A DNA stretch of 64,000 nucleotides, from contig OZ250150.1 of the NCBI GenBank assembly GCA_965237675.1, forward strand, positions 3,712,001 through 3,776,000. The letters are read 5' to 3'. The first letter of the stretch is position 1, and every line of letters starts with the position of its first letter. A program made the translations under genes and the position numbers. Below the pieces are notes generated by a model. It was not told the DNA's origin. It did no database searches and saw nothing but the letters and a program-made list of their open reading frames with translations. Of this stretch, positions 9,614 through 20,469 are shown in pieces. The stretch comes from Candidatus Latescibacterota bacterium (GTDB taxonomy: Bacteria; Latescibacterota; UBA2968; GCA-2709665).

Positions 9614-12013
9614 ATGGGGAACAGGAACCTGTTACACAGGGGTCGGGTGGCGCTTAGAGGGGCCACTGCGCCCCAAGTCGCATGCCTCTGGGACGGCAAC
9701 ATCGAAACCGCGGCGCAATGGCCGTCGGTGTCGGGAGAGTGCGGGTTCGAGGTCGGGTTCGACGACCCCGTCGCGTGCGATGTGGTGGTGCTTCGATGGA
9801 AGGCGATGCCTGCGGATTACGATGTTGATGTTCGCGCGTCCGGCGCGTGGAAGACGCTGGAATCGATTCGAAACAACGTCGTACTTGGGCCCAGGGTGAA
9901 ACTCCTTCTGCTCGACGGTGTCCTAACCGAGGGGCTGCGGGTTCGGATCTTGCGTCCGGTAAGCAAAGATCTGCACGGCAGAGAGCCTGACCCGGGCGGG
10001 GTTGTCGCCCTGTACGGGGTCGAGGTATACGCGGCAAATCGGCTTCCCTCCTATATCCGGTCATTTCTGCAGCGAGATACGCCGAGCCTGGTTACAATCC
10101 CGGCAGGCAGGCCGGGGCCTGGCCATGAGACGCCGGACCCTTCCTTGTTGGATGCCGGGATCCCCACGTGGGAGCCCATCCCGAAAGATCGCTACAACTG
10201 GCAACGGACCGGGCGGGTGATAAACGAAAAGGATCATGCAAGACGCGCGGTCCTGCATGGGTGTGCAAACGCGTATGCGATTACCAGCGACCAGAGGTAC
10301 GCGCTGAAAGCGCGGGATGCATTGCTGGCAAATCTGGCGCATTACGATCGATACCAGTCGTTTCGATTTATCGGAATAAACTGGAAAGCGGTAACCTTCC
10401 AGGATCCCGCGTATAATTTGAGGGAAACGACCGAAGCGTACGACCTGCTCGCTTCGTCGCCGCATCTTACGCTTTCGGACCGGTTGCGTTTTCTCTTCTT
10501 CCTCGTGGACCTCGGCGAGTTTCAATATCTGGCAATGAGGGATCGCTTCGAGGCACGGGAGAACTGGGCGTCGTGTTCGTTGGCCGAGATGGTCTTTCTG
10601 GCCTGTTATCTGGAGGATTTTCCAGAGGTGGGCCGCTGGTTGAAGCTGGCCGATGAATTGTATGGATCCTGTTTCGAGCCCTTCCTGGACGACGGATACT
10701 GGTGGGAATGTTCGCCTTCGCATTCGGTCTATATGATCAGGGGAATGTGCAGGTACGCGCTGGGCAAGTATCTGATGGGAGATCCCGTGTGGTCGAACGC
10801 GCATAACGGCAAATCGCTGGAGTTCGTGCTGGAGGCCCTGTGCAAGACAATGACACCGTTCGGGGAAATCCCCTCCATCAACGATTCCAACGGTAACGAC
10901 AGCCATCTGCTGACGGACTTTCCGGAACTCCGGGTTCCGCTTTACCTGATCGGGCGCGGAGACCTGTTGCGGATGGCGATGGATTTCCGGGAGGCGCCGT
11001 CCATGCGCGGGGTGGAACTCAGGCCGGTCCGGCAGGAGGATCCTCCCTACACCTCGGTGTTGTTGCCGGATGCCGGGTTGGCGGTGATGCGGGATGGATG
11101 GTCGAAAGAGGACGCGTACCTTATTTTCGATTTCGGGCCGCACGGGGGTGGGCATGGGCACCCGGACAAGCTGAGCTTCGCCATGTTCGCCAATGGACAT
11201 CACTGGATTCCGGATGCATCGAATTCGCCACATTACTGCATTTTTCCTGAACAGGCCACCTGGCACAAGCAGACCCTATCACACAATACCGTGCTGGCGA
11301 ACAATGAGAGCCAGAAAGCATGCACAGGCGAACTGGTGTATTGGCGCACCGACGATGACATTGATATGGTCTGTGCGAAACATCGCGAAGGCTACGAGGG
11401 CCTGGTACACCGCCGTACGATTGTTCATCCCCGGGGCGGATATTTTCTGATCCACGACGCGCTCGATGCTGAAATCGATGAATTCAACCTGGACTGGCTG
11501 TTGCACGTCTATGGCGAGGTCGAGTCACAGGCGGCGGGCAGGGTGTGTTTCCAGAATGGCAATGGCAACCAACGCCTGTTGTGGCTCTCCGATGATATCG
11601 GATCCGCGCCTCTGCCGGTTCACCGGGGCCTCTGCGGCGGTTTCCGGAAACAGGCCTGGACAGGTCAGGGGTATCCGCCCAAAGGGGGGCCGGGTTGGAT
11701 CTATATTCCGTATTTTCGACTGCCGAAACGGATCGCGTCCGGGGGCGGGCGCGCCGAGTTTTTTTCCGTATTGTATCCATTTATCGCAGACGCGCCGGAC
11801 GTGGTCATCGAACGTGTCGACGACCGGTCGGGGCGGGCTTCGGGAATCAGGATCATGCATAATGGCGTAGTGGATGTCTATGCCGGTGCCGTTCCCGGAT
11901 ACGATCCGGGGCGGGATGGCGCCTTTAGATGCGGGAATTTAACCGGACGTTCCAAAGCCGTATTCGTGCGACGCTACGGCTCGGACGCGGTCTATCGGAA
12001 GGATTGTGATTGA
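9614..12013 (+). CDS. Heparinase II/III-like polysaccharide lyase with N-terminal discoidin-like region
   Basis: DGYWWECSPSH, PSINDS, AGLAVMR, GPHGGGHGHPDKLSF, TLSHNTV, HRRTI are typical of the family; no obvious signal peptide. Confidence 0.72.
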   Translation: MGNRNLLHRGRVALRGATAPQVACLWDGNIETAAQWPSVSGECGFEVGFDDPVACDVVVLRWKAMPADYDVDVRASGAWKTLESIRNNVVLGPRVKLLLLDGVLTEGLRVRILRPVSKDLHGREPDPGGVVALYGVEVYAANRLPSYIRSFLQRDTPSLVTIPAGRPGPGHETPDPSLLDAGIPTWEPIPKDRYNWQRTGRVINEKDHARRAVLHGCANAYAITSDQRYALKARDALLANLAHYDRYQSFRFIGINWKAVTFQDPAYNLRETTEAYDLLASSPHLTLSDRLRFLFFLVDLGEFQYLAMRDRFEARENWASCSLAEMVFLACYLEDFPEVGRWLKLADELYGSCFEPFLDDGYWWECSPSHSVYMIRGMCRYALGKYLMGDPVWSNAHNGKSLEFVLEALCKTMTPFGEIPSINDSNGNDSHLLTDFPELRVPLYLIGRGDLLRMAMDFREAPSMRGVELRPVRQEDPPYTSVLLPDAGLAVMRDGWSKEDAYLIFDFGPHGGGHGHPDKLSFAMFANGHHWIPDASNSPHYCIFPEQATWHKQTLSHNTVLANNESQKACTGELVYWRTDDDIDMVCAKHREGYEGLVHRRTIVHPRGGYFLIHDALDAEIDEFNLDWLLHVYGEVESQAAGRVCFQNGNGNQRLLWLSDDIGSAPLPVHRGLCGGFRKQAWTGQGYPPKGGPGWIYIPYFRLPKRIASGGGRAEFFSVLYPFIADAPDVVIERVDDRSGRASGIRIMHNGVVDVYAGAVPGYDPGRDGAFRCGNLTGRSKAVFVRRYGSDAVYRKDCD

Positions 12014-12115
12014 TCGCCGGCCCTGCTCCGGGTTCCGACGATCCGCTCGTTGGTTCTGGAATGCGGCGCCTGGCGTCGGTGTGGCCGGATCCGTCCCGGG
12101 GCGAGGGGGTGTAAT

Positions 12116-12910
12116 TTGAACAGCGAACACATCTTTGAAGGGTTGGATGGCCGGCAGCGATCCGCGAAGCCCCGGGACCAGGGGTTGACCATGGTGGTGG
12201 ACTGGGGTCTCGGGTCGGGGGCGCAGTCTGATTTGATAGAGACCGCGGCCCCTTTTTTTGACTTTGCGAAGGTGGCTGTCGGCATTTCGAGGCTATTGAC
12301 CAACGATGTGCTGACAGCGAAAATCAGGCGCTATCTGGACCGCGGTATTGAACCGTTTCCGGGCGGGCAATACTTGGAATACGCGGAGGTGCAAGGCAAG
12401 GCCGACCTTTACTTGCCGGCCGTGGTTTCCGCCGGCTATCGCTGGGTCGAGGTGTCGGACAACCTCGCGGTGGTGACGCACGAATGGAAGCTGAGAATGA
12501 TCCGGCAGGCGGTAAACGTCCACGGACTTATGGTGTTGGGGGAGGTCGGACAGAAGGAAGGACTGAACGTGGGTATTCCCATGGCGGATGATGTGAAGGC
12601 GTGTCTGGGCGCGGGAGCCCGTATCGTGCTGTTGGAAGCCGCCGAACTGGTCAGCGATGAGGCCGGCGTTGTCCGGCAGGTCGAGCAGGCCGTGAAGGCC
12701 GCCGGCCTGGAAAACGTTATGTTCGAATTGCCGGGACCGTGGATTGAAGGCGTGAACCCGCACGACATCCACAGGATGCGGCGGAGCCTTATAGACCGGT
12801 ACGGCCCGGAAGTAAATCTGGGCAACGTGCTGCCGGATGATCTGATGACGCTGGAAGCATATCGCCGAGAGCTGGGCGTCAATGCGGGAAGCGCCCCGGA
12901 AGAGGAGTGA
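12116..12910 (+). CDS. comA: Phosphosulfolactate synthase (ComA)-like protein
   Basis: KPRDQGLTMVVDWG, DFAKV, PGGQYLE, VEVSD, EVGQK, VMFE, YGPEVNLGNV, LEAYR. TTG start at 12116 after a G-rich RBS is assumed. Confidence 0.75.
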   Translation: MNSEHIFEGLDGRQRSAKPRDQGLTMVVDWGLGSGAQSDLIETAAPFFDFAKVAVGISRLLTNDVLTAKIRRYLDRGIEPFPGGQYLEYAEVQGKADLYLPAVVSAGYRWVEVSDNLAVVTHEWKLRMIRQAVNVHGLMVLGEVGQKEGLNVGIPMADDVKACLGAGARIVLLEAAELVSDEAGVVRQVEQAVKAAGLENVMFELPGPWIEGVNPHDIHRMRRSLIDRYGPEVNLGNVLPDDLMTLEAYRRELGVNAGSAPEEE

Positions 12911-12913
12911 TCG

Positions 12914-14104
12914 ATGAGATTGGCGGATTCGAATGGCGGGATTCTGATCGACGACGAGTTTCCGTGCGCCAGTGCTGGAGAGATGCGTATAGCGCCTGAG
13001 GGATTTTATGAGATAGGCTACCGCCCCGAGGCGATCCCCCGGTGGTTTCAGGATCTGCTCGATGAATTATTCGATGGAGCCGGGGTCCCGAAGGAATATA
13101 TGGCGCACGTACGAATACGCGATACGGCCGACGCCAGGCAGCGGGTGAAGCTCCGATTTCTGTTGAGCAAAAAGGGGTCGAACTATATGTATCCCCCCTG
13201 GTGGGTATGGCGGGAGAATACGGGTTGGGCATGGTTGCCGCGTGAAGATACGGACTATCACGAGCACGAATTTATGGACGTGGATGTGGATATCCATCCG
13301 GGAGAAACCGTCCGGATCGCCTCCGCGCCCTATGAGACACCCGATACGGTACTTGAGAAGGCAAGACGGTTGGCCGAATACTCCGACATCTGGACCTGTC
13401 GAGAGATAGGCACATCCGCCCAGGGACGACCGCTTCCGGTGCTGGAGTCGCAGCCGCGCGAACTCAAACTGCTGATCGATGCGACCATGCAGTCTTGCGA
13501 GCCGGTGTCGTGGGGCATTATGCATGTGGCACACTGGCTGACCATCCCGACAGCGCGGGCGCAAAGACTCTTGGAGCAGGTGCAGTTCTGCCTCATGCCG
13601 ATGCTGAATCCGGACGGCGTCTATGTGGGCCATAGCGTTACCAACGCCGTCGGAGAGGTACCCAAGTTCGGAATCAACAATCTGGTGGAAGGCAAGGGTG
13701 CTCCGAAGGAAACCGGGGCGCTCTGGAACTATCTGCTGGATACCAGACCGGATGCGTCGATTGAAGTGCATGCACATTTTACCCGGGAGGGATTTACCCG
13801 GAGTATCGGTATGCACGACAAGGATTCCATGCCGAACCATTTGAGGCCAAAGGGCGCCATACTTGAGGCGGCGATCAGGGAGAATTACCACGTGGAGCCG
13901 CTCCAGAACCGGCGGGTATTGATCGACCCGCGAGAGCCGGAGCTCGATGTCTACGGAGACCGGTATGTGAGCGAACATGCAGGTACGATTCGAACGTTTC
14001 TGCAGGCGGTTCCCGACAGTATCGAGTCCCACTGTGCCGACGTGAGGGAAATGGCCGAGACCATCGCGAATGCTCTGATTACGTGGAAAGCCCGCGGCGG
14101 ATAG
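12914..14104 (+). CDS. M14 zinc carboxypeptidase-like protein (divergent)
   Basis: IGTSAQGRPL, MPMLNPDG, IEVH; the expected HxxE appears as QSCE. Confidence 0.6.
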   Translation: MRLADSNGGILIDDEFPCASAGEMRIAPEGFYEIGYRPEAIPRWFQDLLDELFDGAGVPKEYMAHVRIRDTADARQRVKLRFLLSKKGSNYMYPPWWVWRENTGWAWLPREDTDYHEHEFMDVDVDIHPGETVRIASAPYETPDTVLEKARRLAEYSDIWTCREIGTSAQGRPLPVLESQPRELKLLIDATMQSCEPVSWGIMHVAHWLTIPTARAQRLLEQVQFCLMPMLNPDGVYVGHSVTNAVGEVPKFGINNLVEGKGAPKETGALWNYLLDTRPDASIEVHAHFTREGFTRSIGMHDKDSMPNHLRPKGAILEAAIRENYHVEPLQNRRVLIDPREPELDVYGDRYVSEHAGTIRTFLQAVPDSIESHCADVREMAETIANALITWKARGG

Positions 14105-14245
14105 GTAGAAACGGAGTGTCCGGCTGTCCGGAACGAGCCTCCCCCGCCGACAGGAACGATAGAGAGCGGGTCAAAGGGCGTGCCGCTGTTCCCGGGATCG
14201 CATCTTCAGCAGCAGGTTCGTTGGAGGGTTTAACGAAAGGAGTCG

Positions 14246-15040
14246 ATGGTGAAAATTGGTGTGACACAGATCATTCTGGGTCGGCTTTCGCTGGACGAGA
14301 CGCTGGAGTTGTGCGGGGTCGCCGGCTATGAGGCCCTGGAACTGGTGTTTAGCGAAGGCGGAGATCCCGACGTGAATATGAGCGACGATGAGATCCGGGC
14401 GGTACGACGAAAATGTGATGACGCCGGACTCGAAATTGGCAGTTCGATAGCGCAATACGCGGATCGCGGGAATTTCTTGAGTTTGAATACCAGCGACCGT
14501 GAGCAGGGCGTCAGGTGCCTGGTGCGATCGATTGAAATCGCGCACGCTCTGGGTATCGACGCGGTGCTGCTGCATCCCGGCCAACTCACGTCCGAGGGCA
14601 CGTATGAACAGGCCTGGGACGGGATGTCGGGCGCGATCACGGATGTGGCTCGGTTGGCAGAGGAGAAGGGAGTCTCCGTGGGTATCGAGAACGTATGGAA
14701 CAAGTTCCTGTTGAGTCCTCACGAGATGGCCGCGTTTGTGGATGGCGTGGGGAGCCCGCGGGTAGGGACCTATCTCGACACCGCGAACATGATGGCATAC
14801 GGTTTCCCCGAACACTGGATTCGGGGCCTCGGAAGACGTATTGTAAGGGTGCATTTCAAGGATTTCAGGCGCAGCGAACACCGATTTGTGGATCTCATGG
14901 ACGGCGATACCGACTGGCCCGCGGTGATGGCCGAACTGCGCGCCATCGGATATCGTTCTCCGGTGGTCCACGAGGTTTCGGGGAGTAACGACGCGCAGAT
15001 TGAGACGGCACGGCGAATGAGAAAGATTGTGGCGATGTAG
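14246..15040 (+). CDS. Sugar phosphate isomerase/epimerase (xylose-isomerase-like TIM barrel)
   Basis: IENVWNKFL, YLDTAN, VHFKD, GDTDW, terminal HE; AAGGAG RBS. Confidence 0.87.
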   Translation: MVKIGVTQIILGRLSLDETLELCGVAGYEALELVFSEGGDPDVNMSDDEIRAVRRKCDDAGLEIGSSIAQYADRGNFLSLNTSDREQGVRCLVRSIEIAHALGIDAVLLHPGQLTSEGTYEQAWDGMSGAITDVARLAEEKGVSVGIENVWNKFLLSPHEMAAFVDGVGSPRVGTYLDTANMMAYGFPEHWIRGLGRRIVRVHFKDFRRSEHRFVDLMDGDTDWPAVMAELRAIGYRSPVVHEVSGSNDAQIETARRMRKIVAM

Positions 15041-15052
15041 GTACGATTTGCT

Positions 15053-17122
15053 GTGCTTCAGAAGTCGGGAACTCAATTCCCGGCCCTGATGATTGATCGA
15101 GGAGTGCGGATGCGTGAGCCACGTTTGATCTCCACGAGGGGTTTGGCACGTCCGGGGAGAAACCCCGCACATCAGGCCGTGGAGGATCGCGGAACGACGG
15201 TACGGGCGCTGATTTTCGGGTTGTGTCTGTCCCTTGCCATTAGTGTTCTGGGCAACGTGGTACGGTATATTCTCCATTCCTCGTTTATGGCCTACAGTCA
15301 CATGCCGATGGGGAATCTGATTGTCTGGCTGTTGTCCATCCTGGTCTGTGCGGTGCTGGCGAAATGTTTCGGCCGTACGTTCGTGTTCTCGTCCAGCGAA
15401 TGGATTACGGTTTTTGCAATGGGTTTCATAGCGTCCCTCGGGCCGACCTACGGCGTGAGCGGCTACCTCGTGGGTGTCATTGTGACACCCTATTATTTCG
15501 CCACTCCCGAGAACCGGTGGGCCGAGTTTCTGCATCCGTATCTCCCGGAGTGGATGATTCCGACCAACAAGGATGGGGCGATGACCTGGTTTTACGACGG
15601 GCTGCCCCAGGGGGCCGCGATTCCGTGGGAGGCGTGGACGATGCCCCTGTTCTGGTGGTTTACGTTTGTCTGTGCGGTGGCGTTGGCATGCCTGTGCGCG
15701 TCCGTGATTATCCACAGGCAGTGGTCGGAGAACGAGAAGATTGTGTTTCCCGCAATGGAACCGATCGTGGAGATGGCTGGCAACGCCGGGTCGGGCAGAC
15801 GGTGGCTCCCCGAGTTCATGGCCGGGAAGGCCTTCTGGACTGGATTCGTGATCGTATTCTTTATTTTCAGTTGGAACATCATCGGATGGTTCAAGCCGGG
15901 GTTTCCCGTTTTTCCCACAGCGAGGGGAACCTGGATTCCGCTGGGACAGGCGTTTCCGCCCCAGTGGATTTTTGTGAGTACGGTTGTCATCTGCTTTTCC
16001 TATTTTGCAAGCCTCGAGGTGTTGTTCAGTCTCTGGTTCTTCGACATGGTGTTTATTTTTGAGGGTGGATTCTTGAACCGGCTGGGGGTGGAGGCGATTT
16101 CGCCCCACTATATGACCGGCCGGTACGCCTGGCAGACGGCGGGGGCCTTTGTCGGAATTGCCTTCTGGTGGCTGCTGGTTTCCCGGACACATCTTCGCCA
16201 GGCATTCCATAAGGCGCTCCGGCCGGAACGTGTCCCGATGGACGACCGGCGGGAACTGATATCCTATCGTGCGGCATTTATCTGGCTGGGCATTTCAACG
16301 GTCTATGTCATTGCCTGGTTGTGGCAGGCGGGAATGGACTTCAGGGTGATTTGCCTGTTGATTCCCACGATGTTTCTGATCTATTTCGGGGTGGCGAAGA
16401 TACTGGCTGAGACGGGTCATATTTATATAGGATCGGCAACCCGGGCCTGGGAACTGGCTGCGGCGGTCCTGGGCGGCGCCAGCGCTGTCCCGGCGCCCAC
16501 CCACGCGATCATGTACCCGGCGTCGGTATCGCTCAACCACTTTCGCGCATACACGTTTTCGTTGGGAATGCACCTGAACCGGCTCGGAGATTTTCTTGTC
16601 GCGGGCCATCGATGGTTCTTCGGCGGCGTTTTCGCCGCGTTTATCGTGGGCGTCGTGGGCTCGACCCTTTTTACGATCTGGTTGGGATACACCATCGGCG
16701 GGTACAACTTCCAGCCCAACTGGCTGATTATCCGCGCCGGTATCGGCGGGTACCAGCGAGGGGTGAACGATATTCTGTCACCGGAACCGACGGAGGTGGA
16801 GGATTACTGGTTCTTTTTGGCCGGCTTTATTGTCATGATGGCGTTGAATCTGTTGCGGTACCGTCTCAGCTGGTGGCCTTTTCATCCGGTGGGATTCGCA
16901 ATCTCCGGCGCCTGGCTGACACGGCTGACGAGTTTTACGCTGTTCCTGGCCTGGCTGGTGAAGTTCATCCTGCTGAAGTTGGTGGGTGCTGCGTTCTATC
17001 GGAAATCGCGTCCGTTCTTCATAGGAGCGCTTACGGCATATATTCTGGTTACGACGCTGGGGTTGATCGTGGACGCCGCATTCTTCGAAAAGCAGGGACA
17101 CACACTCCACAAATGGTATTAG
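15053..17122 (+). CDS. DUF6785/DUF6784-like polytopic membrane protein (putative transporter), paralog 1
   Basis: Many TM segments; PYYFATPENRW, RQWSENEKIVFP, WWPFHPVGF. True start may be slightly downstream (about 15110). Confidence 0.7.
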   Translation: MLQKSGTQFPALMIDRGVRMREPRLISTRGLARPGRNPAHQAVEDRGTTVRALIFGLCLSLAISVLGNVVRYILHSSFMAYSHMPMGNLIVWLLSILVCAVLAKCFGRTFVFSSSEWITVFAMGFIASLGPTYGVSGYLVGVIVTPYYFATPENRWAEFLHPYLPEWMIPTNKDGAMTWFYDGLPQGAAIPWEAWTMPLFWWFTFVCAVALACLCASVIIHRQWSENEKIVFPAMEPIVEMAGNAGSGRRWLPEFMAGKAFWTGFVIVFFIFSWNIIGWFKPGFPVFPTARGTWIPLGQAFPPQWIFVSTVVICFSYFASLEVLFSLWFFDMVFIFEGGFLNRLGVEAISPHYMTGRYAWQTAGAFVGIAFWWLLVSRTHLRQAFHKALRPERVPMDDRRELISYRAAFIWLGISTVYVIAWLWQAGMDFRVICLLIPTMFLIYFGVAKILAETGHIYIGSATRAWELAAAVLGGASAVPAPTHAIMYPASVSLNHFRAYTFSLGMHLNRLGDFLVAGHRWFFGGVFAAFIVGVVGSTLFTIWLGYTIGGYNFQPNWLIIRAGIGGYQRGVNDILSPEPTEVEDYWFFLAGFIVMMALNLLRYRLSWWPFHPVGFAISGAWLTRLTSFTLFLAWLVKFILLKLVGAAFYRKSRPFFIGALTAYILVTTLGLIVDAAFFEKQGHTLHKWY

Positions 17123-17173
17123 AGACTGTATTGCATTGCCAGGCTGCGCGGATGCGCCGCATTTCCTCTGGCG

Positions 17174-19195
17174 TTGATACGGGGCTGTCCAATGGCTGAA
17201 CGCGGCGCGGCCGTTCGGCAGGCCGCACAACGAAATCTCGAAACGTCCATGGCGACCGAGGACCGGGGCGTAACGCTGCGGTCGGTCATCTTCGGCCTTT
17301 GCCTGGCCGTGGCCGTCAGTCTCCTGGCCAACACCGTGCTCTATCTGGTTCATGGCTCGCTGATGGCGTACAGCCATATGCCCATGGGCAATCTGATATT
17401 GACCATGCTGTCAATGGTCGCCTGTTCTGTGCTGGCCATTCGATTTGGAAGGCCTTTTGTGTTTTCCCGATCGGAGTGGTTGACCGTTTTTGCAATGGGG
17501 TTCGTGAGTTCGCTCGGACCTACGTATGGCGTGAGCGGATACCTTGTGGGTGTGATCGTGTCCCCATATTACTTCGCCACGCCTGAGAATCGCTGGTCAG
17601 AGTTTCTGCATCCGTATCTGCCGGAGTTTATCTTTCCTCAGAACAGAATGGGGGAGATGAGCTGGTTTTATAACGGATTGCCACCCGACTCGGCCGTGCC
17701 CTGGGAAACCTGGGTGGGGCCACTGTTCTGGTGGTTTACATTTATTGCGGCAGTGGCATTTGCCTGTTTCTGTGCGTCCATTATCATCCACCGCCAGTGG
17801 TCGGAATATGAAAAGCTGGTTTTTCCGGCCATGGAACCGATCGTGGAAATGGCGTCATCCGCCGGTTCGGGGAAACGGTTGCTACCGGATCTGATGCATG
17901 GTCGGATGTTCTGGGCCGGGTTTTCGGTCAGCGCCTTCATTTATTGTTGGAACATGATCGGCTGGTTTTTCCCGGCCTTTCCGAGTTTTCGCATGACGCC
18001 GGGTTGGTACCTGCCGCTGGCACGGGACTTTCCCGCACTGTGGATTTCGTTCAATACATTCGCGGTGTGTTTTGCCTATTTTGCCAGTCTGGAAGTCCTG
18101 TTCAGTCTCTGGTTCTTTGATCTTTTCTTCGTGATCGAGTCGGGAATCCTGACCCGGCTGGGAATGCCATCGTGGCACTCATACCGGTCTGCCGGACCCT
18201 ATACGTGGCAGACGGCAGGCGCATTCGTCTGTCTGGCTGTTTTCTGGGTCTTGATTTCGAGACGTCATCTTCGGGATGCGTTCCTGAAAGCGTTACGACC
18301 GTGCAGCACGCATATCGACGATAGCCGCGAGCTCATTTCCTACCGTGCGGCGTTCCTCGGCCTGGGTGTCGCGTGTGGTTATGCTGTCGCCTGGCTCTGG
18401 AATGCCGGGATGGACGTGGGTGTGATTATACTTACGGTGCCGACCATGTTTCTGGTTTACCTGGCGATGGGGAAGATTCTGGCGGACTCGGGTCTGGTTT
18501 TTCTGAGTTCACCGACATCAGCTCGAAGCCTAGTACAGGCTGCTTTTGGGGGTCCCAGGGGGATACCGGCGGCAACCCACGCCCTGTTCTATCCCACGGC
18601 CGTGGCATTGAGTCACTTTAAAGGGACGATATTCACATTCGGCATGCATGCCAACAGGCTCGGAGAATTCGTGGCGGGCAACAGAAGACGGTTGTTCTGG
18701 TCCGTGTGTGCCGCGTTTCTCGTGGGACTCGTGGCGTCCACCTTATTCGTTGTCTGGCTGGGGTACAGGGTGGGTGGATACAATTTCGAGCCGAACTGGC
18801 TCGTGACGCGGGCCGGGCACAGGGGTTTTCAGGGGGCGGTAAGCGACATCATCTCGCCCAAACCGATGCAGTCTAGCGAATATCTGTTCTTCATTGTCGG
18901 CGTGTTGGCCATGGGGGGAATCACCTTTATGCGCTACCGGTTTGCGTGGTGGCCCTTTCATCCCATAGGTTTCGCGCTCTCCGGTTCCGCCCTTTCACAT
19001 TTGACCGGGTTTACGATATTTCTGGCCTGGAGCATGAAGGCGATTCTGTTGAGATTTTTCGGAGCTGCTTTCTACAGGCGCTCGCGTCCTTTTTTTGTCG
19101 GGCTTCTCATCGGGTACGTGTTTTCGATCGCGCTTGGGCTGGTGTTGGATGCCGTCTGGTTTGTGCCGCAGGGCCACCGGGTCCATACCTATTAG
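17174..19195 (+). CDS. DUF6785/DUF6784-like polytopic membrane protein, paralog 2
   Basis: Tandem paralog sharing MAYSHMPMGNLI, SLGPTYGVSGYLVGVIV, PYYFATPENRW, WWPFHP. Start uncertain. Confidence 0.7.
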   Translation: MIRGCPMAERGAAVRQAAQRNLETSMATEDRGVTLRSVIFGLCLAVAVSLLANTVLYLVHGSLMAYSHMPMGNLILTMLSMVACSVLAIRFGRPFVFSRSEWLTVFAMGFVSSLGPTYGVSGYLVGVIVSPYYFATPENRWSEFLHPYLPEFIFPQNRMGEMSWFYNGLPPDSAVPWETWVGPLFWWFTFIAAVAFACFCASIIIHRQWSEYEKLVFPAMEPIVEMASSAGSGKRLLPDLMHGRMFWAGFSVSAFIYCWNMIGWFFPAFPSFRMTPGWYLPLARDFPALWISFNTFAVCFAYFASLEVLFSLWFFDLFFVIESGILTRLGMPSWHSYRSAGPYTWQTAGAFVCLAVFWVLISRRHLRDAFLKALRPCSTHIDDSRELISYRAAFLGLGVACGYAVAWLWNAGMDVGVIILTVPTMFLVYLAMGKILADSGLVFLSSPTSARSLVQAAFGGPRGIPAATHALFYPTAVALSHFKGTIFTFGMHANRLGEFVAGNRRRLFWSVCAAFLVGLVASTLFVVWLGYRVGGYNFEPNWLVTRAGHRGFQGAVSDIISPKPMQSSEYLFFIVGVLAMGGITFMRYRFAWWPFHPIGFALSGSALSHLTGFTIFLAWSMKAILLRFFGAAFYRRSRPFFVGLLIGYVFSIALGLVLDAVWFVPQGHRVHTY

Positions 19196-19337
19196 GCCAG
19201 GCAGGCGCGGTGAACAGAGGACACTACGGCAGTGTATGGATTCTTGGATTATTGAGGTGCGTGGCCGTATCGCGAATGACTCGGGGATAACGCGCATTTT
19301 CCACAACAGCCAATCGGCAAAGAAAAGGAGAATTGAA

Positions 19338-20384
19338 ATGCCACACGGCATTCGCAGGGTGGCGGCGATAGACGGCGGTGGACGGATTGTGGTGATTGAC
19401 GAGCCGGTTCCACAGCCCGGGCCCGGTCAGGTTCAGGTTGAGGTCAGGGCCAGTTTTGTGAGTCCCGGTACGGAACTGGGTGGAGTGAAGAGACTCAGGG
19501 AGAACCCGCGAAACGGCCCGCCGCGCCCGTTTGGTTATTCCAACGCAGGCGTGGTCATCGGACAGGGTGAGGGGTGTGAGAGTATTCCTGTCGGTACGCG
19601 GGTGGCATGTATGGGCGGTGGCTATGCGCAACATGCAACCCACGTCTGCGTACCCAGAAACATGGCGGTTCCAATGCCCGATTCCGTGCATTTTGAGGAT
19701 GCGTCGTCCATTCATCTGGTCGCCACGGCGTTGAATGCCGTCCGCCGGGCTGAGTTGACTTTGGGTGAATATGTCGCAGTGGTCGGACTGGGACCGGTGG
19801 GGCAGTTCTCCTGCCAATGGGCCCGGCTTGCCGGCTGCCACACGGTTGCTCTGGACCGGCTGCCGATGCGCCTGGCGGTGGCGAAGAAGACAGGGGTGGA
19901 CAGGATCGTGAACGTAAGCGAGGAGGATCCCGTCGCGGTGTCCACGGAATTTACGCATGGATATGGTACGGATGCCGGCATTCTCGCCTTCGGAGGCGAT
20001 GGCACCGGGGCTTTCAAAATGCTCGTGGCAATGATGAAACGGGCGCCCGATACACACCAGATGGGCCGGATCACGATCGTCGGCGGGGCGAGAATCGAAC
20101 ACGTGTTTGCCGCCGGATTGGGCAACCTGGATGTACGGAGCGCGGCCCGGACGGGCCCCGGATATCACGATGAAGCCTGGGAACACGGACGGGACTATCC
20201 GCCGGTGTTTTTGCAATGGACCACAAGAAGGAACCTGGAGGAATGTCTCGGGTTTATGGCCTCCGGGGGGATGCTGGTCGAACCGTTGATCACCCACCGG
20301 GTTGGGATTGCCGACGCCCCGGAAGCCTGTGAAGACTTGATACAACGACCCAATGAAGCGCTCGGTGTGGTGCTGGTGCCATAG
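19338..20384 (+). CDS. Medium-chain (zinc-binding family) dehydrogenase
   Basis: VSPGTE, PFGYSNAG, VVGLGPVG Rossmann motif, PLITHR; AAGGAG RBS before ATG 19338. Confidence 0.82.
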   Translation: MPHGIRRVAAIDGGGRIVVIDEPVPQPGPGQVQVEVRASFVSPGTELGGVKRLRENPRNGPPRPFGYSNAGVVIGQGEGCESIPVGTRVACMGGGYAQHATHVCVPRNMAVPMPDSVHFEDASSIHLVATALNAVRRAELTLGEYVAVVGLGPVGQFSCQWARLAGCHTVALDRLPMRLAVAKKTGVDRIVNVSEEDPVAVSTEFTHGYGTDAGILAFGGDGTGAFKMLVAMMKRAPDTHQMGRITIVGGARIEHVFAAGLGNLDVRSAARTGPGYHDEAWEHGRDYPPVFLQWTTRRNLEECLGFMASGGMLVEPLITHRVGIADAPEACEDLIQRPNEALGVVLVP

Positions 20385-20469
20385 AGGCGGTACCGGAAAT
20401 TTGTCACAATTCTTCCCTGTCTGCGTGCGTGAGGCTGCACGCACAGGCAGGCGCCGGTTCATCCCGTCT

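Noticed and set aside
14171-16210. 679-aa minus-strand ORF and other long antisense ORFs (e.g. 26827-28215, 19224-20486, 10061-11266, 6018-7133)
   Set aside because: They lie opposite well-supported genes, have no motifs and show the Arg/His/Pro-rich composition of shadow ORFs in GC-rich DNA.
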